The notes under the pieces: model-generated
Told to the model about the DNA's origin: nothing
Databases searched by the model: none
Seen by the model: the letters and a program-made list of their open reading frames with translations, nothing else
DNA from: Zancudomyces culisetae HAW-14-8
Lineage: Eukaryota > Fungi > Kickxellomycota
Length of the DNA stretch: 64,000 nt
Assembly: GCA_052426225.1 (NCBI GenBank)
Contig: JBNJNM010000012.1
Coordinates: forward strand, 620,001 to 684,000
Reading direction: 5' to 3'
Shown here: positions 19,249 through 33,253 of the stretch, piece by piece
Layout: each line of letters starts with the position of its first letter
Position numbering within the stretch: position 1 is the first letter of the stretch
Program-made: the position numbers and the translations under genes

Positions 19249-22200
19249 TCAAGAATTGGATTCAAAAATGGTGCTCCATACACGTTTAATTACAGATCGG
19301 GGCCAGGAAGCCAAAAACTCGAGACTAAAGTTTTTGAAGTCCTTTCCATAAATCATTACACCAGCTTTTATGACATCCTCTTGAACCAAATTGAACGGAA
19401 CCACACGCTGTAGATAAAATTGTTTTACAGGATTGGCAGGGGCTCTACGAGCACGTAGGTTTTGAATTCTATTCGATAGCTGATTGGGGGTCTTACAAGG
19501 CATCAGTTGTCCGCACATCGAAACGGTATCATCAAACCCAAATAGCTTTAGAGCACGCAGGATTAACTTGTCTTCTTTTGGAAGAAAGTTGACACGATTT
19601 TTGTATCTACGCGAAAGTTGGATTACGGGATAAAGACTAAGATCCCAGCCAATGGTTTGTATAATGGGGACCCAGAGAGTCAGTAAAAAGGAAGGAAGAA
19701 TATTTGGCTGTAGTGATACATTGGTTAGCAAAAGGGATGATGATTGTGGCGATGGTGCAATAGGCTCTATGTTTTCAAAGAACTGGTCAATACTGTTAGA
19801 AGTGGTATTGGCTGTTTTTCGGCGCATTAAATGAGCTTTTCTGACAGTATTCGCAAACTCTTCGATTTGAGTTGCAATTAATTTACAGATGGGGTCCGAG
19901 TCGGGAGAAAGATAGGCGGAGTAATCGCTAATGTTTGCGCCCAACCTATCAAGATTTTGTTGAAAAATAGCAGGAAACACATACTGGAGCATATACGGGT
20001 GAGAAGGAATGTGTTGCTTGACACAGGAACATTTGGGACCCTTAGAGGCGCGCTGAACTAAAGTGCATGTTAGTAGGTAATCGGAATTATAAGCCAATTC
20101 GTCGGGAATAACGTTTGGAACTGCAGTATTGTTTGTAGAGGAATACTGAGACTGAGAAGAATAGGCCAGCGAAGGAATGAGGGGTTGGGACAAGGCAAAG
20201 GAAGAGGAAGAGGAGATATGATTTGAGTTGGAATTCGGAGTTAGGTTTGGATTGGAATTGGGATTAGGAATGGAATGATGATTAGTGTTAGTGTTAGGGT
20301 TATGGTTATGGTTGGGGTTGGAAGGAAGAGGAGCAATGGGAACAGGAACCAGACTTTTGGATCTGTTCTTGTCGGTTTGTTTTGACATTTGTTTGGAGAG
20401 AGGAAATGAAAATGAGGAAGCTCTGGAAGAATCATCAGAAGAGTTGAGTTGAAAAGTACAATGTAGATCAGCAACCAAATACAGAACAAAAGGAACGAGC
20501 AGAGCAGCGCCAGGGCAGCTCATGAACGACACGTAGTGCTTATCAGGATCATCAAAGGGTCTTTTTCCAAACTTGCTGTCAGAATATAGGTACATATTGT
20601 AGATATCCATCAGCTGTGCCCGCCAATGAAGGGCAACCGTGGAATGAGGACTATTTTGAAGACTCTCGATCAAATAGGCCTGGCAAACAAGCTGAAAATT
20701 ATCCATCATCTGTTTTCTTAGCTGATCCATTTGCCCACTATCCATCAGGAACGGTTTGTCATCAGGCATAAATGGCTGCTTTTGAAGGTCTATCTCTTCT
20801 CCTGCCTGCAATGCCTCCTGAAATAGGCTTTCCATCTCCAATCCTGCACTGAGTTTCCCAAAATCATGACTCAGTTTGGCATTTTTAGGACTTTTGAAAT
20901 GAAGGTTGTGTTCTGCTGATCGCTTTAGATGTCCTGCAGATACGGCCTTACTATCAACTCCTTTGGTTAACAGAATAGAATTGTCAATACTGTTGATTAT
21001 TGCTCTCCTCTGGTCCTCTGGGATGTGCAAATTCCCCAAAACAGACTTTTTTAGTTCTTCCCAATCTGACTCGCCCTTTTGTTGACCCTCCGTTACATCA
21101 AGCGTACTTTCCACGCCGGCCTTCCTTCCAAGCTTATTCACCGTGTTTTCTACATCTACGATTGCTTTAATAGGTGAAATATGTGCCAGCCCTGCGTTTT
21201 CCAACCACTCTTGTACCTCTGCGCCACTGAGCTGATCCATCTTTGTAGTCCCAAGGTTCCCATCGAGTATTGAAGAAAACAAATTAAATTCTTCACCAAA
21301 CTCCAGGCCGGAATCTTTTATTAAATCTTTTACCTCACTTACATTCTCACCATTGTTGTTGTCCGAATCTGTATTGTTACCGCGATCCTCTGCATCTGAG
21401 TTGCTCTCACTACCCCCTTCAATGTTAACATCAACATAGTCATCATCCTCCTCCTCCTCCACCTGCTGTTTACCTGTATTTGTTTTCGTATTGCTGCTCA
21501 AATCATTCAGGTTTAGTACTGCCGCATCTTTAGGCGTCATCATGTGTGACGTTGCTTGTGAGAGGCTCCTTAGAAACTCATGATATTGCGTATCATCGTT
21601 GGTATCTTTCGGTAAATCTGAGAATGTATTTTGCGCCGGTTGGCCTGCAAGTTCCACAAGTGCGTTAAAATCCAACTTATTGCAGATTGGTTCCCTTCTG
21701 TTTTCTCCAACACTTTCATTTCCTTTAGTTTCTAACTCCGAATCCTGATCTGTGGGCTCCCTGTGCTTTAATGTCTTTTCTAGCTGCATTTCTCTTCTCC
21801 ACTTGTTCCGTTTAACCGCCATCCCCGCTTTAGAAAACTGGTCCCCCATTGCATCAACTACATCCGATAACAACTGACAATAAAATCTCGATTTAAACCG
21901 CTCCGAACTCTCCAGTTTGTCCAAGATGTCCCATCCTATCTCTTTATTCTGTGAACTGGGATCCCCCTTTAGAATATCCCTCCCGATACTGTAGTCCACA
22001 CTACCACCTACTTCTGAGGATTCGAGCCCTTGTATTCGCTGAAAAAGCGTACAACTATTCGATTCCACTAGTTTTACTGTGGCTTCACTAACTGCTCTTT
22101 GCTTTTTTCTATCAACAGTCATAGGCCCACCCAAACTCCCAAGATCTACTAGCCTTTTATCCCTATTAACATTCTTCGTTGTCTCTGCTTTGCTATTCAC

Positions 22201-23199
22201 TATCAATCTTGTTCGCTTGGGTGTCTTAAACCCTGATTTTTCTTCTACTTTTTTTGCTTTGGGACCTGACCCCAACCCAAATTCTAAACCCAAGTCGAAC
22301 CCCGTTCCTAATTTTGAGCCTGTACTCGGAGCTGGGCCTGAAGATGAGACTGAAACTGCAGCAGAAGCCGAAGCCATACCCGAATCCGAACCTTCCACAA
22401 GTCTCGCACCCAGTTTTTGATACAACAGCTTCCATCTTCTCTTGCACTGTGCTGCCGTTCTCACATTTCCCAATTCTCCCATCCTTTTAGCTATATATTC
22501 CCATTCTTGATCTCCTATTATCTTTCCTCCATCTTTACCGGTGTCAGATACGCTGTATCCGCGGCGTATCAGGTCTTTTATTTCAACCATTATCCGCTCG
22601 TTTTCCTCCTTTGTCCACTTTTTTACAGATTGTCCCATCCGTGTCCCCTCATTAGATTTATCTCTACTTCCCAAGCTTCCGCCACCGCCTGATGTTTCGC
22701 CGGTATTATTTTCATTCCATTGATACCCATCTTGCAAAAAGTCAATGTTTGGGTACCGCCAGTTTTCCGGAAGCCTCATATCAGTTACATCGCTTCCTAG
22801 ATAGACCTTAGTCTTTTCTTTGTTTTTTCCTTTTTTACCTGACTTGTTGGGTTTTTCTACCTTTTCATTTTTAGTATTGCCTCTACCGGCTTTGGACAAC
22901 CCCACGCCTGGTTCCAGCAAATTTATTCCAGAGAAATCGCCATTATCTAAAAAACTATCCGACATTATCATATCCTTTTTGCTCTTGCCTTTCATTTCCT
23001 CCAAGAGCTTGTTGTTATCCCCAAAAAATTTGGTCCAATTTTGCTCCTCCAAACCAAAAATGTCTGAGGAAAGATTCATGTCGAAATCAAAGGCTGCGTT
23101 ATCTTCAATCCCTAGCTCGCTAATGTCTCTCAAATCCATATCTCTAGCGTCTGAACCATAGTCCTGGTTATTCCGTCCTACTCCATCCCAAGATAACAT
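19249..23199 (-). CDS. Large Myb/SANT-domain nuclear protein, GON4L/DUO3-like
   Basis: 1316-aa single ORF. N-terminal Myb (WTKEEN...WEYIAKRM...RTAAQCKRRW), acidic tract, QLRKQMMDNFQLVCQ block, and C-terminal FLPKEDKLI...LMPCKTPNQLSNRIQNLRARRAPANPVK resembling the GON4L/DUO3 conserved block. Confidence 0.75.
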   Translation of the reverse strand: MLSWDGVGRNNQDYGSDARDMDLRDISELGIEDNAAFDFDMNLSSDIFGLEEQNWTKFFGDNNKLLEEMKGKSKKDMIMSDSFLDNGDFSGINLLEPGVGLSKAGRGNTKNEKVEKPNKSGKKGKNKEKTKVYLGSDVTDMRLPENWRYPNIDFLQDGYQWNENNTGETSGGGGSLGSRDKSNEGTRMGQSVKKWTKEENERIMVEIKDLIRRGYSVSDTGKDGGKIIGDQEWEYIAKRMGELGNVRTAAQCKRRWKLLYQKLGARLVEGSDSGMASASAAVSVSSSGPAPSTGSKLGTGFDLGLEFGLGSGPKAKKVEEKSGFKTPKRTRLIVNSKAETTKNVNRDKRLVDLGSLGGPMTVDRKKQRAVSEATVKLVESNSCTLFQRIQGLESSEVGGSVDYSIGRDILKGDPSSQNKEIGWDILDKLESSERFKSRFYCQLLSDVVDAMGDQFSKAGMAVKRNKWRREMQLEKTLKHREPTDQDSELETKGNESVGENRREPICNKLDFNALVELAGQPAQNTFSDLPKDTNDDTQYHEFLRSLSQATSHMMTPKDAAVLNLNDLSSNTKTNTGKQQVEEEEDDDYVDVNIEGGSESNSDAEDRGNNTDSDNNNGENVSEVKDLIKDSGLEFGEEFNLFSSILDGNLGTTKMDQLSGAEVQEWLENAGLAHISPIKAIVDVENTVNKLGRKAGVESTLDVTEGQQKGESDWEELKKSVLGNLHIPEDQRRAIINSIDNSILLTKGVDSKAVSAGHLKRSAEHNLHFKSPKNAKLSHDFGKLSAGLEMESLFQEALQAGEEIDLQKQPFMPDDKPFLMDSGQMDQLRKQMMDNFQLVCQAYLIESLQNSPHSTVALHWRAQLMDIYNMYLYSDSKFGKRPFDDPDKHYVSFMSCPGAALLVPFVLYLVADLHCTFQLNSSDDSSRASSFSFPLSKQMSKQTDKNRSKSLVPVPIAPLPSNPNHNHNPNTNTNHHSIPNPNSNPNLTPNSNSNHISSSSSFALSQPLIPSLAYSSQSQYSSTNNTAVPNVIPDELAYNSDYLLTCTLVQRASKGPKCSCVKQHIPSHPYMLQYVFPAIFQQNLDRLGANISDYSAYLSPDSDPICKLIATQIEEFANTVRKAHLMRRKTANTTSNSIDQFFENIEPIAPSPQSSSLLLTNVSLQPNILPSFLLTLWVPIIQTIGWDLSLYPVIQLSRRYKNRVNFLPKEDKLILRALKLFGFDDTVSMCGQLMPCKTPNQLSNRIQNLRARRAPANPVKQFYLQRVVPFNLVQEDVIKAGVMIYGKDFKNFSLEFLASWPRSVIKRVWSTIFESNS

Positions 23200-25119
23200 T
23201 TTCTCCTTTGTATTAAATGCTTGATTTTATATTCTCGTAGCTTATTTTAAAATGTGTCATTTATATTGAAGCAAATCCGATCGAGTTCTTTACGACAAAT
23301 GTTGTCCAATTTTTGTACAAAGTTAATTTAATCAATTTAGTATAGTAAATAAGTTATTTTTTGGAACTTGAATGGATGCTTGGAATACAATGAGTTCGGT
23401 GTAAACTAGATTTCTTTTTATCTAGTTTCCCTACTTGCCTTTTAATGATATTAAATTAATTTTACCTTTACACTATTTTAGGCTTTTCCACATTCTTGTG
23501 TTTATGTAAACAATAAATAAAAGCAATTTATGCTTTAAAAAAAAACACACCATTTGCAATTACAATGATTTTTGTGCAACCTAATTTCTCAGGTTTGCTT
23601 ACATTAACAAACCATTAATTTCTAATTTGCTTATTGGAATGTTTATCAAGTATAGAAAATCTAGCTGCACATTTTAACGAATATTCTTCAACATCACATT
23701 TATTTATTTAATTTATTCATTTTTGAATCAGTTGTAAACATGATGCATTATTTTATTGGGTATATTTGTTTGTTTTAAATTTTTACGCAATTTTCTGGTT
23801 TTTGTTCAACTAAATATATATTATCATTGTAGCTGTTAACCAAGTATTAAAACATCATTCTACTATGCAGTTTTAAATAAAAAGAGATATACTTTATTGA
23901 ATATGTTTGATTTAATATTATTTACAGACAATCCAGATATTTCAATACTTTTATATTTTTTGGTTACCGTCTAAACACGCTATTGCACTCAAATCAACCC
24001 CAACTACAAAAGTCAGCCTAATCTCATCTTTCAGCCAAAAACTACTTGGACCCGAAAATTCAATATGCTTTAACTCTATCCCTAGCTTTAGTGGAAGAGC
24101 TAGCTTTCAGCTAAAATCATACTTTGCATATTTTATCCACAATTAAACATGAAATCACAAACCTCATGTCTGCACTGTTAGACCTACTCCAAATATTTAC
24201 CAAATTTATGTTGTGACATTCACACCTTCTAAAAGCGTCACTGCATTATGTAACCACAAGAATATCTACACTTCGACGGTAGCCAATATCCTTGAAAGTT
24301 TACATATCTTATCTATCTGGCTCTAGTATATAACCTGAAGGTTCTGGCGGTACTAATTCATAACTAGGAAATTATACCCTATTTTTTGCAAATCGCACAG
24401 CATAAAAGCAAATCATAATATACCAGTCAAATCAAGCCTCAATTTAAACATATGGTCTCTGCTCCGCACAGTATGGAATAAAATAATCTGCTACTTATCA
24501 TCTCATCCCTACTGCTTTTATTCTCAGAATCTAACATTGTAATCTCAGGCCTTTTGGTTATTTTGTTTTTTTTCAATGCTTATCAGTATGAACCCATGAT
24601 TCTAACATGAGTAGCCACCGAAATATATTGGTTTGATTTGGGCGACTTCACAAAAGTAAACATGAACACCACAAATTCACCAACGCTCAAAGCAGGATTG
24701 CCCAGTCACTACAATTTTTCAACTAAGTTATTGGCTGAAACCGGGTTATTGATACGATTATAAATTCACAGCTATTACAATAGTGAAAACTCAGCCAAAG
24801 AAATGCCAAAATACACGATCCAAGATTTACACCAAAAATGGAAAAAACTGGATTTTCTTAGTTTATACAAGATCCTTTTATTGTTTAAATTTTTTATATT
24901 TTGTGGCTGTTTACATTTAATAACAACTCCTTTTTGAATATTAATCGCAGTATAAGAGTATAATTTGGTAAAATCAGCGGCCAGGTGTAAATGCAAATAA
25001 AATCGAATGATCACACTAATTCATAGCTTATATTTACCTAAATTTCAACACAAAACTATTCACACCTATCTGAAATATAATCTTACTTTACCACTACTCG
25101 ACGAAACTGTATATATTAA

Positions 25120-28100
25120 ATGTATTCAAGCAATGAGGATCCTTTCGAATTCAAATTTTTTAGTAAGTCGTCGATCTTGAGTGTTGAGTGAATCTATATT
25201 AATTATAAAATTGTATTTATCTAATTTAGAACAAGTATTTGAAGAAAACGAAGATGAGCTAGTATCGAATGCACCTGAGAATGTTTGGGCAATACTATTG
25301 CCATTGTATAATGGAAAACGATTCATTCCCAGAATGGTGCTGGTAGACAAGGATGCAGGAAATTCAACGAGAAGCGCTCGGAAATTTACATATCTGCTGG
25401 GTCGAGGCAAAACTTGTGATTTCAAGTAAGTGCAAACTGAAATGTACCTTTTAAAGATAATCGAAAAAACTATATTTGTTTGATCGGTTACTGTTGAGAT
25501 TTAATTATTTTATTTTATGCTACTTTTGATATTTTTAGACTCGATGTACCAACAATCAGCAATAAGCATTGTATCATCTATAAGGTCTCATTTTGTTTTT
25601 TTTTGCAGCTGGCTCATTTCAGCTTTATTTTATTTGGAAACAATACGATTAAAAGTGGTCTAATAAGTTTTTCTTATCGAATATCAATTTAGATTGAGGA
25701 TAAAAACGAGGAGTTGATATATATTGAAGATACAAGGTAATTTTCGATATTCACAAAGTCTATTATAATAATGTTTGTAAATAACTCTCAAATTTTTTGT
25801 TTATAGCTCAAATGGGACATTTGTTAATGAAAAGAGAATTCCTAAGAATAAACCATGGCGGCTGTATGACGAAGACATCATTAAAATATCTAGGGAGAAT
25901 AACAAAGTCAAGAACGATTCTGCGACTGAAAACGGTAATCCTTGAATCTGTCTATTGCATTTTCTCGCTTTTTGCAATTAACATGGAACTAGAACCATAT
26001 ATAATTATACTAAAATAGTTGAGTTTGTAATTCAGTTTATCAAGGAAAGAAAAAAACACAACATTGAGGTAAGTACTAAGCTTTTATACAACTACGTTGG
26101 AGCTTTATTAATGTTTTTTATAAATCTCATTTTACATAGTATAATTATTATCAAATCTCTAAAAATTGTAATTCTTAAAAACCTTTCGAAATTCAGCTCC
26201 AAATAAGTGAATAACAATTCCTAAATACTTTGAAAATTAGTTTAGCAAAAATTATATGGTGTTAAAAATGCTGGGAAAGGGGGCATTTGCGGAAGTGAAA
26301 CTGGCCATAAACAGGATAACTGGCGAAAAAGTAGCTGTCAAAGTTATTGACAAAACTAAGGTTGTAGAGCATAAAAGATTGCTAACTAACTTTGACTCAG
26401 AAAAAAGCATCTTAGGCCGAGCCAAACATGTAAGAGATTTTGTGCCAATACTTTAAACATACTTGTATTTTTCCCACATTAGCATATGTTATAATGACTG
26501 TGTAGACTCATATTGATTGATTTTGAATTTAGCCTTCAATTATTCGCATTCGGTCTATTTACCACGAGGAACGATACTATTATGTCATTTTAGACTTGTA
26601 AGTCAACCATACACCTAACTTTTCACTTTATAAACTTTGCTTTGATTTATACATTAGTAAATTGGTGTTTACTACAATCATACATAGGGCCAAAGGCGGA
26701 GAGTTGTTCGATAGAATTGTAGAGCAAGGACATTTTACAGAGGACGAAAGCCGGGTCGTGTTGCTACAACTACTTTTGGGGATACGATACCTTCACAAAA
26801 ATGGAATAGTACATCGTGATATAAAGCCCGAAAATATACTTCTTTCAGACTACGAAGGTTTACGGGTACAACTTGCAGATTTTGGATTGGCAAAGATAGT
26901 CGGCGAACAACAGTTTATGAAGACACTTTGTGGTACTCCAATGTATGTCGCGCCCGAAGTATTAGACTCGAAGTCTGGCAGGGTCTACGACAGCAAAGTT
27001 GACATGTGGAGTTTGGGCGTTGTATTGTATATCTGTGTGTTTGGGTTTCCACCATTTTCTGGTAAGTATTTTCCTATTCTCTTTTTCCGCATTTTTTTTT
27101 ATTACGGTTATTCATTTTACAATGAAATCCCTGAATGAATAGACGATCTCTCACCACCACCGCTAAAACAGCAAATACTAAAGGGAATTTATGAATTTCC
27201 ATCGCCATACTGTGACAGGGTTTCTACAGATGTACAGGACCTAATTACAAGGATGCTGACAGTAAACCCCAAACACAGGATATCGCCAGATTGTGCATTG
27301 GCTCATCCTTGGCTAAGAGCTATACGGAACGGAAATAGCTGGTCGATTAAAGGTGTATACGATTTTGTGTTTGAAGAACCCGAGGAAACATCTCAGGAGA
27401 CTACCCAAACCTTCTCAAACCCAAACTCATCTATTTCCGCTGAATCACAAGGTTGGAACTCTGATATTAAGGCTGTATATCCACAGAATTGTGTTTCTGA
27501 TGAAATGGACGACGAGAAAGCTGATAATGTAGCTGGTGTCGATCCAAATAAAGAAACAATTGCCATTTCAAGCAACGGCTATCACGAATATATTTTGAAA
27601 ACTGCTGGACTAGACTGCATTAATAACAATAAATCTAACAAAAACTCACTCAGCCGCGAGAATGCAGAATTTATTGAAGATCTTCGACAGTCCCTAGCCA
27701 AACCATCCTGTTATAAACAGCGATCAGTTTCGAGTAAGGATTTATCAGCAAAACTAGAAGATCACTACCAAATCATAAGTGAGAATGAGAATCCGCATAA
27801 CTCCCAACATAGAAAATCGTTTTCCCAATCGCCAAACCTTGACAAGCTAAACGTTAATATTAGCCTTTCCCCTTCCCCTCCATCGCACATCCATAATGAA
27901 AATATCCAAGTCGAAAATGTTAGTAATAGAAACGATTCAAACCTTCTCGAATTGGACGTTCACAACAGTTCTGATTTTCTTTTCGAAGCATCGCCTTCTT
28001 TCTTCAAAAACAGAAATATTCACTTGGAGAGGTTTAGCCCACTTTGCAGTGACAGCTTTGTGGTTACCAAAAGAAAGTTTACCAACCTGTCACCAAGAAA

Positions 28101-28242
28101 AAACACAAACTTCAGCATTAGTCAGGACATTGCTCAAAACAGTGGGGAAAAGGTCGAATCTCTAATGGATTTTGATGAGGGTTTTGATAGTCAAAATTTT
28201 TCTCCATACTTTCAACATGAGGCTAAAAAGTTTAAAAAGTAG
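25120..28242 (+). CDS. FHA-domain Ser/Thr checkpoint kinase (CHK2/Cds1/Dun1 family), ~10 exons
   Basis: Spliced FHA motifs [21 protein letters not shown]. Kinase motifs [42 protein letters not shown]. Confidence 0.88.
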
Positions 28243-28361
28243 TTTTTTGTTTTAGATAGTAATATCGAATAGTCCTTGATAATAAAATAGCTAAACGCCA
28301 TCTATAAATAATACTTCAAACTATCCAGATGCCCGGCATTAATTTTTCCTAGGCCAGTACA

Positions 28362-29592
<1,231 letters not shown>

Positions 29593-30015
29593 ATCGATAC
29601 TGTAATATTGGTAATGTTAATAAAATTTATCAACAATTGTAGCTGCTTGATGATAAAAGAACTTTTTTATGTGTCTAATCAGATCAATGAGTATTTTTTT
29701 TTTCTGCTTGGAGTCTTTACAATTCTTGGGCTATTAACGAATAGATGATTGAATAATTATATGGTGATTTTTGTAGAAATTGCTGATGATTTAATTTATT
29801 GACCAAGACAGTTCATGAATAATAAAGAATAAAAGGCGACTAAAGTACGAATACCTGATTCTAACCACTATCATAAGAGGCAAAGTAAGATGATGATATT
29901 AAAAAGAAATTGGGCGAAAAGGTGGCAAACTAGCTAGATGATGAAGCGAGGTAGGTCTGGAATCCAACCGCTAAGAATCCCCGAGCGAATCCGATCGTCG
30001 GGATTGAGGCTATAT

Positions 30016-31079
30016 CTATTCTCTTAATGCCTTCACCCCAAAAATGACAGTTGGTACTAAGGTTATTAGTAGACACCCCATTGTTGGAAACAATTTTACT
30101 CCAACCCAATACGAAAATATAATCCCAATGTTGGCTGAAACGAAACCAAAGAACAGATTGATTGAAGCTGAGCTTTTGAACAGCGATTGATAGTTTACTT
30201 TTCGGAGGTGATACTAGTATTTAGTTGTGCAGACAAGTGTTTAGCAAAAAATAAATCTCGTTATAGAATAATGGTATATTGGAAAGAAAAGTTGACTTAC
30301 TATATACAATAACCCAACAAATGGAGCCAATATAAATCCTGCGTAGATAATTGAAAAGAGAGGATGCACCATTTTTTCGGGTGTTGGTGGTGTGGCTTCG
30401 ATTTCCTCCTTATATGTGTATTTTCTGTAATCATTTACTGGCTTTTGCTTGTCTAGAGCAGCAATCTCGATGGATCCAATTTCGTAAATCACGCCTTTAC
30501 TTTCGGTTATGGAACCCAAAACGAGCTCAACTTTGTACTCTCCATTGCTATTAAAAGCACTCGACAACTTCTTTGATGACTATACATGTATAAAGTAAGA
30601 GTTAGGATAAATTTCTTTTAAAAACACGACGAAATCAGGCTATGAATAGGAACTAGTGATGTACGTACCAGGTCGAGTTTGTATTTGTATTTTGCCTCAA
30701 TAAACTTTGTATTGAATACAACCTCCTCTGAACCATCGTCCTTCGAAAACACAACATGGGATTGAGTAAGTTTGAGCGGAGTATCATCATTGTCCTTTGA
30801 ATCAAATACATTGAATTCAACAGTAATTCTGTTGCCTTTTTCGATTTTCGGCAGATCGGTGTACTTGTTCGGAAATGATGTTCTATATTAGATCTTTTCG
30901 TAAGAGATTGCTCAACCAAACAAAACCTTATTTAGTATTGTAAATTACCTTTTTGAATACAAACTTCCAACCTTGTCTGAGACTATGAAAAGCACTTTTC
31001 TAGGAACAATTTCCGCAAAAGCAAGCATCCCAAGAAATAAAAAACATCCTATCGAAACCAAAGTACTAGCTAGCCTCAT
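30016..31079 (-). CDS. SWP1: Oligosaccharyltransferase subunit Swp1/ribophorin II, multi-exon
   Basis: Signal peptide MRLASTLVSIGCFLFLG, lumenal YKVELVLGS, EI...PEKM..PLFS, three TM helices including SYWVGVKLFPT..., ends GVKALRE*. Confidence 0.8.
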
Positions 31080-31783
31080 TTTGTGCGTGTATGATGTATT
31101 GGTGTACTAGTTTGTTACTTTTTATATTTAGAGCAGGACCAACAATCTATTTATTTTTTATTTCGCCTTTTAATAGAAATGTATGCTTTTACTTATTTTT
31201 TTTCTTTTATTAAAATCAATTTTTGCTCTGATTGAAACCAAAACCAGGACTATTTTTGAACTAAAACTACCAAAAATAGCTAATATAAAGTCGCAGCTCA
31301 TGGTTGTTATCCCCTCCCCCATCCACTCCTAAAATACTTCCCCTGCAACGCGAATTGGTTAGTATACAGTTCAAAAGTTCGAGTTCACCGATATCTCTCA
31401 TCCCCTGGCAACACCACATCAGAAACACACATTTTTCTTTTCGACACCCAGCACCTTAATACTAGTCAATCCTGGTTTTGCTTTTTTTTCTGCAAATAGT
31501 ACTATTTCATAAATTATGTGGCAAGTACTTCACTTTTAATTGTTGTCTATAGCAAAATGTTTTTTGAAATGGCGCTTAATTCGTATGTTGATGTCTTCCA
31601 ATAACAATTGAACATTTCACAATTAAAATTTAGGTAAATTTCCATTTTGCGAATTTTTTTACGTTTACCCTCTAATTAATAAATAAACAAGCGCTCCTAG
31701 TCTAAATTGTAAAATACCTTTAGGAATAATAATACAACTAAAAAGGGAAGGTACATCGAAGCTCAAGCGAATTGAAAGTAAAG

Positions 31784-32392
31784 ATGAAGTCCATAGTTTT
31801 GGTTTTACTTACACTGGTAACCAATATCAGTGCTATCGCACTCACAAAATGGGTTCGAGCAAGTGGAGAAGAATGTTTATTTACCTGGAATGATCAACCT
31901 GGCCAAAAAATGTCCTTGTATTTTGCCGTCCAAGAGGGAGGAAACTTTGATGTAGATTATACTATTAAGAGCCCTACAGATAAAATTGCTGCTTTAGGTC
32001 AGGCCAAACGACAAGAAGATATTGTATTTACCGCAAATGAAGTTGGAGAATATAAATTCTGTTTCAGCAATGTAATGTCAACAGTTGCAGACAAATTGGT
32101 AACCTTTGACATTTCAGTTGAAGATGAGGCTCGTGATCCAGATTTGAGCTCGCGTATTGTCAAACCTCAACTCGATTTCGGTGCCTCAAAGATGTTTGGA
32201 GATTTGCATAACATAGAACGACTGCAGTTGTATTTCAGAGCCCGAGAAAGCAGAAATTTCGACACAGTTAGGTCTACAGAACAGCGGGTGCTCTGGTATG
32301 CGCTACTCGAAAGTTTGTGTGTGGTTGTTGTTGCCATAGTTCAAGTGTACGCTATCCAAGCTCTATTTACTGCAAAGAAGACAAGGTTCTGA
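31784..32392 (+). CDS. p24/emp24/GOLD cargo receptor (Erp-like)
   Basis: Signal peptide, GOLD domain (EECLF...YFAVQEGGNFDVDY...GEYKFCFSN), RESRNFDTVRSTEQRV, C-terminal TM helix and short tail. Confidence 0.93.
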   Translation: MKSIVLVLLTLVTNISAIALTKWVRASGEECLFTWNDQPGQKMSLYFAVQEGGNFDVDYTIKSPTDKIAALGQAKRQEDIVFTANEVGEYKFCFSNVMSTVADKLVTFDISVEDEARDPDLSSRIVKPQLDFGASKMFGDLHNIERLQLYFRARESRNFDTVRSTEQRVLWYALLESLCVVVVAIVQVYAIQALFTAKKTRF

Positions 32393-33253
32393 TAGCGCCA
32401 GCATTAATCTCCTTTGTTTATGATTTGATTTTTTTTTAAGCCCAAACCTACCTTGGGTTGGCATCAAAAACTATATTTTTTGTCTCTAAATAAACAATCC
32501 TAATGTAACCTGAAAGAACATCTGCACATATTTTTTTAATACTAGCTCACTCGTGTTCAAGTTGTATTTAAACTGTTACCAGCTGAACTACTTGGTGTGT
32601 ATGCGGTTGGTCCCAGTAAGAATTTAATCTATGTCCGTGTCATAAAATCAGCTAGTATACCAATCTTTAACACAATCTAAAAATAAAAACGAAAGCGAAA
32701 ACGAAAACGAAAATGTTTGATGCTCTTTTCTCTTTACATTAATACGCAGTAACAGTATTTTAAACACACACATCGCGGCTAATTAGAATATCTAGTGTCC
32801 CTTGGGCTAGCCCCTCTGCTACTACACCAGTTAGCAGTAACTATCAGTTGTGGATATACAGCTTTCGAAGGAGGCGCACTTCTTTTATGGCTCCTCCTTT
32901 CCTAATCACCCATGTGGGCCTATCAAAATCGCATCAAAAAGGCAAGTTATCAATGCCATTTTAGATTCCGCAGCAGAAAAATTGCTGAAACTGACCACTG
33001 TCAAATTAAAATTTTTGTATGTGGGTGCAGCTATGTTTTACCATTGATATGGCATTATTTTTCGGTTGTTTTGAACTTTTGTGAAATCATTTATTTGCCT
33101 TTGAAACACAAAGTATTTTGTCAAAATCAATTGTTCTAATGTTACATGCTAACTAAGTCATCTATCTTGTCTTCTTTTTCTAAACCTGAACATTAATTCT
33201 AAAAACAAACGAGAGAGGCAAGGCTTTCACCACACATATAATATCAAGACATA

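Noticed and set aside
29970-30018. Stop-codon readthrough of SWP1 stimulated by the downstream hairpin
   Set aside because: A second in-frame TAG follows one codon later.
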